Part shown: piece after piece, positions 10,980-20,531 of the stretch
Layout of the letters: every line of letters starts with the position of its first letter
Numbering within the stretch: position 1 is the stretch's first letter
Source of the DNA: Mustelus asterias
Taxonomy: Eukaryota
Direction of reading: 5' to 3'
NCBI RefSeq assembly: GCF_964213995.1
Contig: NW_027590122.1
Location: 930,001-994,000, forward strand
DNA: 64,000 bases
Translations under genes and position numbers: made by a program
Notes under the pieces: model-generated
Seen by the model: the letters and a program-made list of their open reading frames with translations, nothing else
Databases searched by the model: none
What the model was told of the DNA's origin: nothing

Positions 10980-13900
10980 GAGAGGGAGTGATTGGAGGCA
11001 GCAGTGCTGGTGAGAGATTAATTGAATTGTTTATTTATTTAATTAGTCAGCTGGTGTGTGTTTTTTTTGGCCTTTACTTTTGCAGTAGTATTTTAAGTTT
11101 AAAGTGAAAACTGGAAGTGGGCTGCTAAGGAGTCTGGGAAGGGTTTGTTAAGCGCGCGAAGTATAAAAGGTAGGCTGCAGTATACAGCGGGCAGCGTCGG
11201 GAGCGGGCAGTGGAGTGAGTGGGAAGCAGAGTGCGAGCTATAAGGCTTTGGCTCACAGGGCTTGTGTGGGAAGCAGAGTGTGAGCTATAAGGCTTTGGCT
11301 CACAGGGCTTAGGCAGAAAGGGCGAGCAGGGGTGAGTTTAATTCATTTTTGCTGTTTCTACCTGGTACTGGCAAGGTATCTAGAGGGGATGGGTGTGCAG
11401 GCAGTGCTATGTTCCTCTTGCACTATGTTTGAGGTGAGGGATGACGACAGTGTCCCTGCTGATTACACCTGTGGGAAGTGCACCCATCTGCAGCTCCTCC
11501 AAAATCGTGTTAGGGAACTGGAGCTGGAGTTGGATGAACTTAAGATCATTAGGGATGCAGAGGTGGCCATAGACAGAAGCTTTAGGAATACAGTTACTCC
11601 GAGGAATGAAAACAGATGGGTGACGGTGAGAGGGGCTGTGAGGAAGCAGTCTGTGCAGGGATCCCCGGTGCTCGTTCCCCTTAGCAACAAGTATTCCGCT
11701 TTGGATACGGTTGAGGGGGATGACATACCAGTGGTGAGCCGCAGTGAGAGGATCTCCAGCACTGTGTCCGTCTCTGTGGCTCGGGAGGGTAAGGGGCAGA
11801 GCGGGAGGGCAATAGTTATTGGGGACTCGTTAGTTAGAGGGATAGATAGGAGGTTCTGTGGCAGCAAAAGAGACTCACCGATGGTATGTTGCCTACCGGA
11901 TGCCAAGGTCCGTGACGTCTCAGACCGTGTTTTCCGGATTCTGAAGGGGGAGGGGAAACAGTCACAAGTCGTGGTACACATTGGTACCAATGACATAGGT
12001 AAGAGAAGGGACGGGGATTTAAAGCAGGAATTTCTGGAGCTGGGCTGGAAGCTGAGAGCCAAGACAAAACATGTGGTCATCTCTGGTACGTTGCCGGTGC
12101 CACGTGATAGCGAGTTGAGGAACAGGGAGAGAGTGCAGTTAAACATGTGGTTGCAGGGATGGTGTAGGAGGGAGGGTTTCAGATACGTGGATAATTGGAA
12201 CACATTCTGGGGAAGGTGGGACCTGTACAAACAGGACGGGGTGCACCTGAACCAGAGGGGCACCAATATCCTAGGAGGGAAATTTGTTACGGCTCTTCAG
12301 GGGGGTTTAAAGTAATTAGTCAGGGGAGTGGGAAAAGGAGTTGTAGTCCAGAAGTCAGTGAGGGTGATGAGGTATTGGGGAAGGTATCAGGGTCAAGGGT
12401 GGGTACCGGTAGACAGGAAGGTGGGTTGAAGTGTGTCTACTTCAATGCAAGGAGCATCCGGAACAAGGTAGATGAACTTGGGGCGTGGATTGGTACTTGG
12501 GACTACAATGTTGTGGCCATTACGGAGACGTGGGTAGAACAAGGACAGGAATGGTTGTTGGATGTTCTGGGGTATAGATGTTTCACTAAGTCTAGGGAAG
12601 CTGGTAAAAGAGGTGGAGGAGTGGCATTGTTAATCAAGGATAGTTTAACGGCTGCGGAAAGGCACTTCGAGGGGGATCTGCACACTGAGGTTATATGGGC
12701 TGAGGTTAGAAATAGGAAAGGAGCGGTCACGTTGTTAGGAGTTTACTATAGGCCCCCAAATAGTAATAGAGATGTGGAGGAAGAAATTGCTAAGCAGATT
12801 ATGGATATGTGTGGGGGTCACAGGGTAGTTGTCATGGGGGACTTTAACTTTCCAAATATTGATTGGAACCTTTGTAGGTCAAATAGTTCGGATGGGGCAG
12901 TTTTTGTGCAGTGTGTGCAGGAGGGTTTCCTGACACAATATGTGGATAGGCCGACAAGAGGTGAGGCCACATTGGATTTGGTACTGGGAAATGAACCGGG
13001 CCAAGTGTTAGATTTGGTTGTGGGAGAGCACTTTGGAGATAGTGACCACAATTCGGTGTCTTTTGTTATTGCAATGGAGAGGGATAGGGCCGTACGGCAG
13101 GGCAAGGTTTACAATTGGGGGAGAGGTAATTATGATGCGATTCGGCAAGAATTAGGGGGCATAAGTTGGGAACAGAAACTGTCAGAGAAAGGAACTAATG
13201 AAAAGTGGAACTTTTTCAAGGAACAAATACTGGATGTCCTTGATAGGTATGTCCCTGTCAGGCAGGGAGGAAATGGCCGAGTGAGGGAACCATGGTTCAC
13301 AAAAGAGGTGGAATGTCTTGTGAAAAGGAAGAGGGAAGCTTATGTAGGGATGAGGAAACAAGGTTCAGATGGCTCGATTGAAGGTTACAAGTTAGCAAGG
13401 AATGAGCTGAAAAAGGGGCTGAGGAGAGCTAGGAGGGGACACGAGAAGTCCTTGGCGAGTCAGATCAAGGAAAACCCCAAGGCTTTTTACTCTTATGTGA
13501 GGAATAAAAGAATGACCAGGGTGAGGTTAGGGCCGGTCAAGGACAGTAGTGGGAACTTGTGTATGGAATCAGTAGAGATAGGCGAGGTGATGAATGAATA
13601 CTTTTCTTCAGTGTTCACCAAGGAGAGGGGCCATGTTTTTGAGGAAGAGAAGGTGTTACAGGCTAATAGGCTGGAGGAAATAGATGTTCGGAGGGAGGAT
13701 GTCCTGGCAGTTTTGAATAAACTGAAGGTCGATAAGTCCCCTGGGCCTGATGAAATGTATCCTAGGATTCTTTGGGAGGCAAGGGATGAGATTGCAGAGC
13801 CTTTGGCTTTGATCTTTGGGTCCTCGCTGTCCACGGGGATGGTGCCAGAGGACTGGAGAATGGTGAATGTTGTTCCTCTGTTTAAGAAAGGGAATAGAAA

Positions 13901-14834
13901 TGACCCTGGTAATTATAGACTGGTTAGTCTTACTTCAGTGGTTGGTAAATTGATGGAAAAGGTCCTTAGAGATGGGATTTACGACCATTTAGAAAGATGC
14001 GGATTAATCCGGGATAGTCAGCACGGATTCGTGAAGGGCAAGTCGTGCCTCACAAATTTGATAGAATTTTTTGAGGAGGTAACTCAGTGTGTTGATGAAG
14101 GTAGGGCAGTTGATGTCATATACATGGATTTTAGAAAGGCGTTTGATAAGGTCCCCCATGGTCGGCTTATGATGAAAGTGAGGAGGTGTGGGATAGAGGG
14201 AAAGTTGGCCGATTGGATTGGTAACTGGCTGTCTGATCGAAGACAGAGGGTGGTGGTGGATGGAAAATTTTCGGATTGGAGGCAGGTTGCTAGCGGAGTG
14301 CCACAGGGATCAGTGCTTGGTCCTCTGGTCTTTGTGATTTTTATTAATGACTTAGAGGAGGGGGCTGAAGGGTGGATCAGTAAATTTGCTGATGACACCA
14401 AGATTGGTGGAGTAGTGGATGAGGTGGACAGCTGTTGTAGGCTGCAAAGAGACATAGATAGGATGCAAAGCTGGGCTGAAAAATGGCAAATGGAGTTTAA
14501 CCCTGATAAATGTGAGGTGATTCATTTTGGTAGGACTAATTTAAATGTGGATTACAGGGTCAAAGGTAGGGTTCTGAAGACTGTGGAGGAACAGAGAGAT
14601 CTTGGGGTCCATATCCACAGATCTCTAAAGGTTGCCACTCAAGTGGATAGAGCTGTGAAGAAGGCCGATAGTGTGTTAGCTTTTATTAACAGGGGGTTGG
14701 AGTTTAAGAGCCGTGGGGTTATGCTGCAACTGTACAGGACCTTGGTGAGACCACATTTGGAATATTGTGTGCAGTTCTGGTCACCTCACTACAAGAAGGA
14801 TGTGGAAGCACTGGAAAGAGTGCAGAGGAGATTT
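10980..14834 (+). mobile_element. Young CR1-type LINE with 5'UTR, ORF1 and ORF2, truncated at its 3' end
   Basis: 5'UTR with a 47-bp tandem duplication (11219-11310) and two open ORFs. CR1 homology ends abruptly at GAGATTT 14834. Confidence 0.95.
11389..12315 (+). CDS. CR1 ORF1p: N-terminal CxxC..CxxC zinc motif, coiled coil, SGNH/GDSL esterase-like domain
   Basis: ATG at 11389. Motifs CSSC...CGKC, LQNRVRELELEL, VIGDSLVRG, HIGTND and DGVH. Confidence 0.9.
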   Translation: MGVQAVLCSSCTMFEVRDDDSVPADYTCGKCTHLQLLQNRVRELELELDELKIIRDAEVAIDRSFRNTVTPRNENRWVTVRGAVRKQSVQGSPVLVPLSNKYSALDTVEGDDIPVVSRSERISSTVSVSVAREGKGQSGRAIVIGDSLVRGIDRRFCGSKRDSPMVCCLPDAKVRDVSDRVFRILKGEGKQSQVVVHIGTNDIGKRRDGDLKQEFLELGWKLRAKTKHVVISGTLPVPRDSELRNRERVQLNMWLQGWCRREGFRYVDNWNTFWGRWDLYKQDGVHLNQRGTNILGGKFVTALQGGLK

Positions 14835-14942
14835 GGGCTCGGAGAATCAGAACCCAGACTTTATCATCCTTATCCTGTTTCTTCCTTTGCCACCACTCCC
14901 TCTGTTTTGCGGGAGGGTCGTGGGGATTCCAATCAGAACTAA
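12300..14942 (+). CDS. CR1 ORF2p (APE endonuclease + reverse transcriptase), in the -1 frame relative to ORF1, no AUG before the APE domain, C-terminus lost after 14834
   Basis: APE motifs NARS, ITETW, GDFN and SDH; RT motifs QHGF, GVPQGSVLGP and FADD. The frame is open from TTG 12195 and the first ATG is at 12801. The start coordinate is inferred. Confidence 0.85.
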   Translation, partial: GGFKVISQGSGKRSCSPEVSEGDEVLGKVSGSRVGTGRQEGGLKCVYFNARSIRNKVDELGAWIGTWDYNVVAITETWVEQGQEWLLDVLGYRCFTKSREAGKRGGGVALLIKDSLTAAERHFEGDLHTEVIWAEVRNRKGAVTLLGVYYRPPNSNRDVEEEIAKQIMDMCGGHRVVVMGDFNFPNIDWNLCRSNSSDGAVFVQCVQEGFLTQYVDRPTRGEATLDLVLGNEPGQVLDLVVGEHFGDSDHNSVSFVIAMERDRAVRQGKVYNWGRGNYDAIRQELGGISWEQKLSEKGTNEKWNFFKEQILDVLDRYVPVRQGGNGRVREPWFTKEVECLVKRKREAYVGMRKQGSDGSIEGYKLARNELKKGLRRARRGHEKSLASQIKENPKAFYSYVRNKRMTRVRLGPVKDSSGNLCMESVEIGEVMNEYFSSVFTKERGHVFEEEKVLQANRLEEIDVRREDVLAVLNKLKVDKSPGPDEMYPRILWEARDEIAEPLALIFGSSLSTGMVPEDWRMVNVVPLFKKGNRNDPGNYRLVSLTSVVGKLMEKVLRDGIYDHLERCGLIRDSQHGFVKGKSCLTNLIEFFEEVTQCVDEGRAVDVIYMDFRKAFDKVPHGRLMMKVRRCGIEGKLADWIGNWLSDRRQRVVVDGKFSDWRQVASGVPQGSVLGPLVFVIFINDLEEGAEGWISKFADDTKIGGVVDEVDSCCRLQRDIDRMQSWAEKWQMEFNPDKCEVIHFGRTNLNVDYRVKGRVLKTVEEQRDLGVHIHRSLKVATQVDRAVKKADSVLAFINRGLEFKSRGVMLQLYRTLVRPHLEYCVQFWSPHYKKDVEALERVQRRFGLGESEPRLYHPYPVSSFATTPSVLREGRGDSNQN

Positions 14943-14954
14943 TCATTTTATCAT

Positions 14955-15132
14955 AAAAGTTAAATACTGCGGATGCTGGAATCTGAAACAACAACAGAAA
15001 ATGCTGGAAAATCTCAGCAGGTCTGACAGTATCTGTGGAGAGAGAATAGAGCCAATGTTTCGATTCTGGATGACCCTTTATAAGAGTGCTTCTGAAGTGT
15101 CATCCTGACTCGAAAGATTGGCTCTATTCTCT
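14955..15132. mobile_element. Penelope-like terminus, family B, inverted arrangement with decayed hammerheads
   Basis: AGAGAATAGAGCCAAT...ATTGGCTCTATTCTCT inverted arms at 15041-15132. Confidence 0.6.
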
Positions 15133-15502
15133 AATCATTTTAATCGATAAGTTTCTTGTTCTTAGTTTCCAAATGGCAGGTAAGAGACCTGTCCAGTCCC
15201 CACTTGAGCTCTGATTTGTCACTGGCCATGCTTGGGTCGGATTATAACCATTAGAATCTACTCTCAGAGGCCTGCTTTTCAGTCCAGTGCTACTTGGAGT
15301 ATACCGTCACTTCACCGACTATCAGGTCACAAGTCCCTCACAGTTCTTATCACAAATTTATGATAAAATAATTTAAACATGCCTGAGAACGCTTCTTAAC
15401 TTCTTAGTCAGCTACCTACCCCCGTTTGTTGATTAGTCAGACCCCATTTTTACAGATTCTAGGTTTCTCAGCTGCTGAACACCAGCCGGTCCTACAATAA
15501 TC

Positions 15503-15824
15503 TCATAGAATCTCTACAGTGCAGAAGGAGGCCATTCAGCCCATCAAGTCTGCACCAAACACAATCCCACCGACCCTATCCCCATAACCCCATGCATTTA
15601 CCCTAGCTAGTCCCCCTGACACTAAGGGGCAATTTAGCATGGCCAATCCACCTCACCCGCACTTCTTTGGACTGTGGGAGGAAACTGGAGCACCCGGAGG
15701 AAACCTACACAGACAAGGGGAGAATGTGCAAACTCCACACAGACAATGACCCAAGCTGGGAATCGAACCCGGGTCCCTGGAGCTGTGAGGCAGCAGTGCT
15801 AACCACTGTACCACTGTGCCGCCC
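15503..15824 (-). mobile_element. HE1-type V-SINE
   Basis: Same head, V-domain and tail as 10284-10611. Confidence 0.85.
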
Positions 15825-16304
15825 CAGTTTAATTCTCACTCGTTCTGAGTAAATATTCTCACCAGGTCCTCTGTTGGGGCCCTGCTAAGCAGCTTTAATG
15901 GTTCATGATTGCAGAAACTGAGCAGTCACAGGAATGTGGTCAAGATAGTCCAGTCCCACAATGCCTCACATTCAATCTGCAGTCCTTCAATTATAACAGA
16001 ATATGTGGCTGTATGTAGCTGCCTCGGCCGTGGTCAACCCCAACACTGCCTTCCTGAACTGTTACAATGCCTGAGGTGTAAGTACGCCCATAGGGAGGGA
16101 TTTCCAGCTACACATTCCAGACTTTCACTCACTGTTGGTGGGTTCCAGATTGATATATTCCATTCAACCACTCCCAAGCTGAGTTATTCCAATTCCTTTA
16201 TTGTCCAGGACAATATATTCACAATATCTTTAAAACAAAAATTCAACAACCCCATTTGATTTCAGGTATTAACATATTCTGTTAGTTTGTTCTTTATTGT
16301 CAAT

Positions 16305-16595
16305 GTCAGGCTGGGGTTGTTCCTCTTGGAGCAAAGGAGGTTGAGGGTAGATTTGATAGAGGTGGACAAGATTCTAACAGGTTTAGATAAGGCGGACAAA
16401 GAAAAGCTGTTCCCATTAGCTGAAGGGACAAGGACGAGGGGGGCACAGATTTAAGGATTTGAGTCAGAGATGCAGTGGGGGATGTGAGGAAGAATATTTT
16501 GATGCAGCGAATGGTAATGACCTGGAACTCGCTGCCTACGAGGGTGGAGGAAGTGGAGACAATAAACAATTACAAAGGAAATTGGATGGGAATTT
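16305..16595 (+). mobile_element. CR1 3' fragment (duplicated at 51185-51490)
   Basis: LGLFPLEQRRLR.DLIEV-like translation. The two copies are closely similar. Confidence 0.75.
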
Positions 16596-16861
16596 GGGGG
16601 GTTTCAAACAGAAATGCTGACTAAATATCTCTGAACTTCCTCACACCCGGTCACTCTGTGATCCTTGTGAAATTTGAAACCAGGTATTCGCAACAAGACT
16701 CAAAGAGCATCAGCCCACTGGAGGCAAAGTTGTGAGACCGACCAGTCCCGCAGAAAGAAACCCTCCGACCCTCCCCATTGACCAACTGTGAGAATGAACA
16801 AAATGCAGTCCTGGATGTAATTGAGAGCAGAAACAATAACAGCAGAATCCAACCACTGGAA

Positions 16862-17536
16862 TCACTCGTGAACTCGCTGGTGTCTCAGCAGGTGGGATGA
16901 AAGACTGAATCTCTTCTCACACACAGAGCAGGTGAAGGGCCTCTCTCCAGTGTGAACTCGCTGGTGTGTCTGCAGGTGGGATGACTGAGTGAATCCCTTC
17001 TCACACTGAGAGCAGGTGAACGGTCTCTCCCCAGTGTGAATTCGCTGGTGTATCTGCAGGTGGGATGACCGAGTGAATCCCTTCCCACAGTGAGAGCAGG
17101 TGAATGGCCTCTCCCCTGTGTGAACTTGGTAGTGTGTCTGCATGTGGGCTGACTGAGTGAATCCCTTCCCACACTGAGGGCAGGTGAATGGCCTCTTCCC
17201 AGTATGAATGCGCTCATGTGCCCGCAGGTTGGATGAACAAGCGAATCCTTTCCCACACTGAGAGCAGATGAATGGCCTCTCCCCAGTGTGAGCTTGCTGG
17301 TGCCTCCACAGGCTGGATAAATGACTGAATCCCTCCCCACACTGAGAACATGTGAACGGCTTCTCCCCAGTGTGAACTCGCTGGTGTGTCTGCAGGTTGA
17401 ATGACTGAGTGAATCCCTTCCCACACTGAAAGCACGTGAATGGTCTCTCCCCAGTGTGGCTGCGCCGATGAGCTTCCAGCTCAGTTGGGTATCTGTATCT
17501 CTTCCCACAGTCCCCACATTTCCATGGTTTCTCCAT
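16862..17536 (-). CDS. C2H2 zinc-finger protein, 8 fingers, 224 aa, no effector domain
   Basis: MEKPWKC start in a CACCATGG context, 8 complete fingers, in-frame stop 13 codons upstream, splice acceptor TTTTACAG at 17888. Confidence 0.9.
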   Translation of the reverse strand: MEKPWKCGDCGKRYRYPTELEAHRRSHTGERPFTCFQCGKGFTQSFNLQTHQRVHTGEKPFTCSQCGEGFSHLSSLWRHQQAHTGERPFICSQCGKGFACSSNLRAHERIHTGKRPFTCPQCGKGFTQSAHMQTHYQVHTGERPFTCSHCGKGFTRSSHLQIHQRIHTGERPFTCSQCEKGFTQSSHLQTHQRVHTGERPFTCSVCEKRFSLSSHLLRHQRVHE

Positions 17537-18357
17537 GGTGCAGGTGTCCTTGCCTCTGTCTTGGGTGGACAATCAGTTGAAGCCTCGTCGACACACAGAA
17601 CACGGGTACAGTCTCTACCCGCTGTGAATGGTGTGATATTTATTCAGGCTGTGTAACTGGTTAAAGCCCTTTAGTCCGTGCGCTGGAACACTCTCACTCG
17701 AGTGTGGCAGTGTGTTGGTGCTTTTCCAGTCACACTGATGTTTGAAATCTTTTCAAATCGACAGACTGGACAACCATTTCTCCTTCTAGATTCAAAGTCC
17801 GATGATATTCAGCTTCCAAGGAATATGACTCTGTCAGATCTAGACGTGACGTTTGAGATTTCGGCCTGTGATTCCTCTTTCAATATCCTGTAAAATGAGG
17901 TTACAAAAGTCATCAGTGTCAGGACAGGATAGAAATTCAGAGCAGGATTCTATTTAAAAATGAAAGTGGATGGGCGCTTGAAGGAAATATACTTTCAGGA
18001 GAATGGGGATATAGAGTGGGAATGGGACTGGAATGTTATACAGAGAGTCAGCATGGACTCGAGTTACCGAATGGATTCCTTCTGTGCTGTAATGACTTTA
18101 TGACTGGTAATGTATAACATCGCTGCAGCATTATATTACAATGCAAGAAATAATAATAAATGTATTTTATTACAGAAGCATAAAGAATGTATCTAATCTG
18201 GGTACCATATAATAACACTAGACATATCTCTGTCCTATATTAATTTACTGTCCCCTTAAATGTCAGCCATCTCCTGGGGAAAGCTGCCCTTTAATTGTGA
18301 ACATTAGGAAAAAGACCATCCTTTTAGACAGACAAATAAATGTGTCAAGTTGAGGGA

Positions 18358-18835
18358 GCAAAGGATGTTCACCAGGCTGATTCAGGGAATCACAGGACTG
18401 ATGTAGGAGGAGAGATTGACTCGGTTAGAATTGTTTTCGTTGGAGTTCAGATGAATGAGGGGGGAATCTCAAAGAGACTTATAAAATTCTACAGGTTGAG
18501 ACAGGATAGATGCAGGGAGGATGTTCCTGATGGAGTCCAGAACTGGGGGTCACAGTCTGAGGATTCAGGGTAGACCATTTAGGACGGAGGTGAGGAGACA
18601 TTTCTTCACCCAAAGAGTGGTGAGCCTGTGGAATTTATTACCACAGGAAGTAGTTGGTGCCAAAACATTGAATGTATTCAAGAGGCGGCTGGATAAAGCA
18701 CTCGGGGCGAATGGGATCACAGGTTATGGGGAAAAAGCAGGATTCGGCTACTCAGTTGGATGATCAGCCATGATTGTAATGAATGGCGGAGCAGGCTCGA
18801 AGGGCCAAATGGCCTCCTCCTGCTCCTATCTTCTA
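18358..18835 (+). mobile_element. CR1 3' fragment inside a ZNF intron
   Basis: ORF 18521..18763 (HFFTQRVVSLWN..FKRRLD) followed by the CR1 tail. Confidence 0.8.
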
Positions 18836-18849
18836 TATCAATGTCTTTA

Positions 18850-19920
18850 AGAGAGAGAGAAACCTGGGCCAACTTTTCCAGAGTCTGCAGCTTCCCTGGA
18901 TTCACTTCCTTTCCCTTCAGTTGCTGCAAGTCCCCAATTTCCCCCAGAATGAGAAAAGAATTGGAAAGGGGGAGAAAAGAAAGTGTTTTACTCACAGATG
19001 TTGGCCTCTTTTAGGTCAAAACAAAGGAACAAACTCAAGTTAAATCAGGACAAAGTAAAAGGGGCAGCTCCCCAAAAGGAGGGGGAACAGCCCGATCAGA
19101 AATCAAAGTACAAAGGAAAGAGCGAGATGTTGACCTCTTTTAAGGAAATAAGTGATAAATTAGTTATCCGCCAGAGTTCGATGTCATCTGATCGCTTGTT
19201 TGGAGAATAAAACATACTGAGGAACCTCGCTTCATCTGGGATATGACGCTGGCGTAACCCATGTCATCAAAATAACTCCCTTCCGACAGGAGGAAGTTTC
19301 AGTGCAGCTCAATCTGACTGTCACAAAGACCTGATTGGCTGGAGGACCAGAGTCCTTCCGGTCCTCCAACTCTTCCCATTGGTCAACACCCCAGCATGAA
19401 GGTCAGGAGGCGTCTACCCCGCACATGCGCAGTTTCCCCTCTCTCTTGGACATGCGCAATCCCGGGGCCGGGGGGAGGGGGAGATCACCGAGCGGCTTCT
19501 CGCTCTGGCCGGAGCCGTCAGCCGGTTGCGTGGAAACCTTGGCTCGATGTGGTGTAGGGGGAGGGGAACAATGGGTGGGGGCGGGGCTCCCGGGTCCGCG
19601 CGCCCGGGCCTGCGCACTGGAACACCATAACGTCATTGCGGAAGAGACTGATTTTTATTGGCTCATTCAGGCAGGCTCCATTGTGGACGTCACAATGCGG
19701 AAGCTCGATTGATTCAGATTCAGACTCAGTGAAACTTCCTCCTCTGGGCAACATCTGGGAGGAAATCAAATGTTTCCCCCTTTCCATTTATTTTCTCATT
19801 CTGGGGGAAATTGGGGACTTGCAGCAACTGAAGGGAAAGGAAGTGAATCCAGGGAGGCTGCAGACTCTGGAAAGATTGGCCCAGGTTTCTCTCTCTCTTA
19901 AAGATATTGACATCCTTTGC
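18850..19920. promoter_or_regulatory. Bidirectional ZNF promoter cassette 1, with inverted non-coding exon modules
   Basis: ATTGG boxes at 19334, 19378 and 19657; NRF1-like CATGCGCA; GC box GGGGCGGGG near 19578; GACGTCA plus GCGGAAG near 19686-19703. The same module lies on - at 18855-19006 and on + at 19731-19890, between divergent ZNF ORFs. Confidence 0.75.
19007..19119 (-). mobile_element. Tx1-clade LINE 3'UTR fragment
   Basis: Reverse complement matches the 3'UTR (49645-49756) of the Tx1-like ORF2 end at 49441-49632. Confidence 0.7.
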
Positions 19921-20127
19921 AGAGTTCCACATGAATTAGAATTGTCTGTACTGAATTTCTATCTTGTTTTGATAGTGATGACTTTTGTAAATTCTTTTTA
20001 CAGGATATTAGAAGGAGAGGATTTACTGATAGAAATGTCAAGATCTAACAGTCACTCAATTCATGGGAGCTGAATGTCATCGGTTTGAATCTGGAAGAAG
20101 AAACGTATAGCTGTTTGAATTGGGTGA

Positions 20128-20531
20128 CATGATGCAATGCGGTGTCGATAGAAACTGATAGCCAAGTTCCGCACACATGAGGACGGCCTCAACCTGGATA
20201 TTGGGTTCATGTCACACTATTTGTAACCCCCACAGTTGCGTGGACCTGCAGAGTTTCACTGGCTGTCTTGTCTGGAGACAATACACATCTTTTTAGCCTG
20301 TCTTGATGCTCTCTCCACTCACATTGTTTTGTTTCTTAAAGACTTGATTAGTTGTAAGTATTCGCATTCCAACCATTATTCATGTAAATTGAGTCTGTGT
20401 CTTTATATGCTCTGTTTGTGAACAGAATTCCCACTCACCTGAAGAAGGGGCTTAGAGCTCCGAAAGCTTGTGTGGCTTTTGCTACCAAATAAACCTGTTG
20501 GACTTTAACCTGGTGTTGTTAAACTTCTTAC
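20128..20531 (+). mobile_element. Penelope-like element 3' end with a 12-bp TSD
   Basis: Starts with a PLE ORF-end-like segment (KLIAKFRTHEDGLN) and contains a hammerhead. TGAATTGGGTGA occurs at 20116-20127 and at 20532-20543. Confidence 0.75.
20431..20475 (+). ncRNA. Minimal type I hammerhead ribozyme
   Basis: CAC-CTGAAGA-A-GGGGCT-TAG-AGCTCC-GAAA-GCTT-GTG: intact core, helix II, palindromic mini helix III and helix I. Confidence 0.75.

Noticed and set aside
11463-12266. 267-aa antisense ORF
   Set aside because: It is the mirror of CR1 ORF1 and has no recognisable motifs.
17573-17575. Conserved in-frame TGA as a selenocysteine or readthrough codon
   Set aside because: One paralogue has TAG, further stops lie upstream, and I saw no SECIS-like element.
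19636-20073. ORFs across the promoter cassettes (also 36274..36756, 46892..47350, 57573..58121) as an N-terminal effector domain
   Set aside because: The frames are not conserved between cassette copies, the starts are mostly non-ATG, and in-frame stops separate them from the finger arrays.
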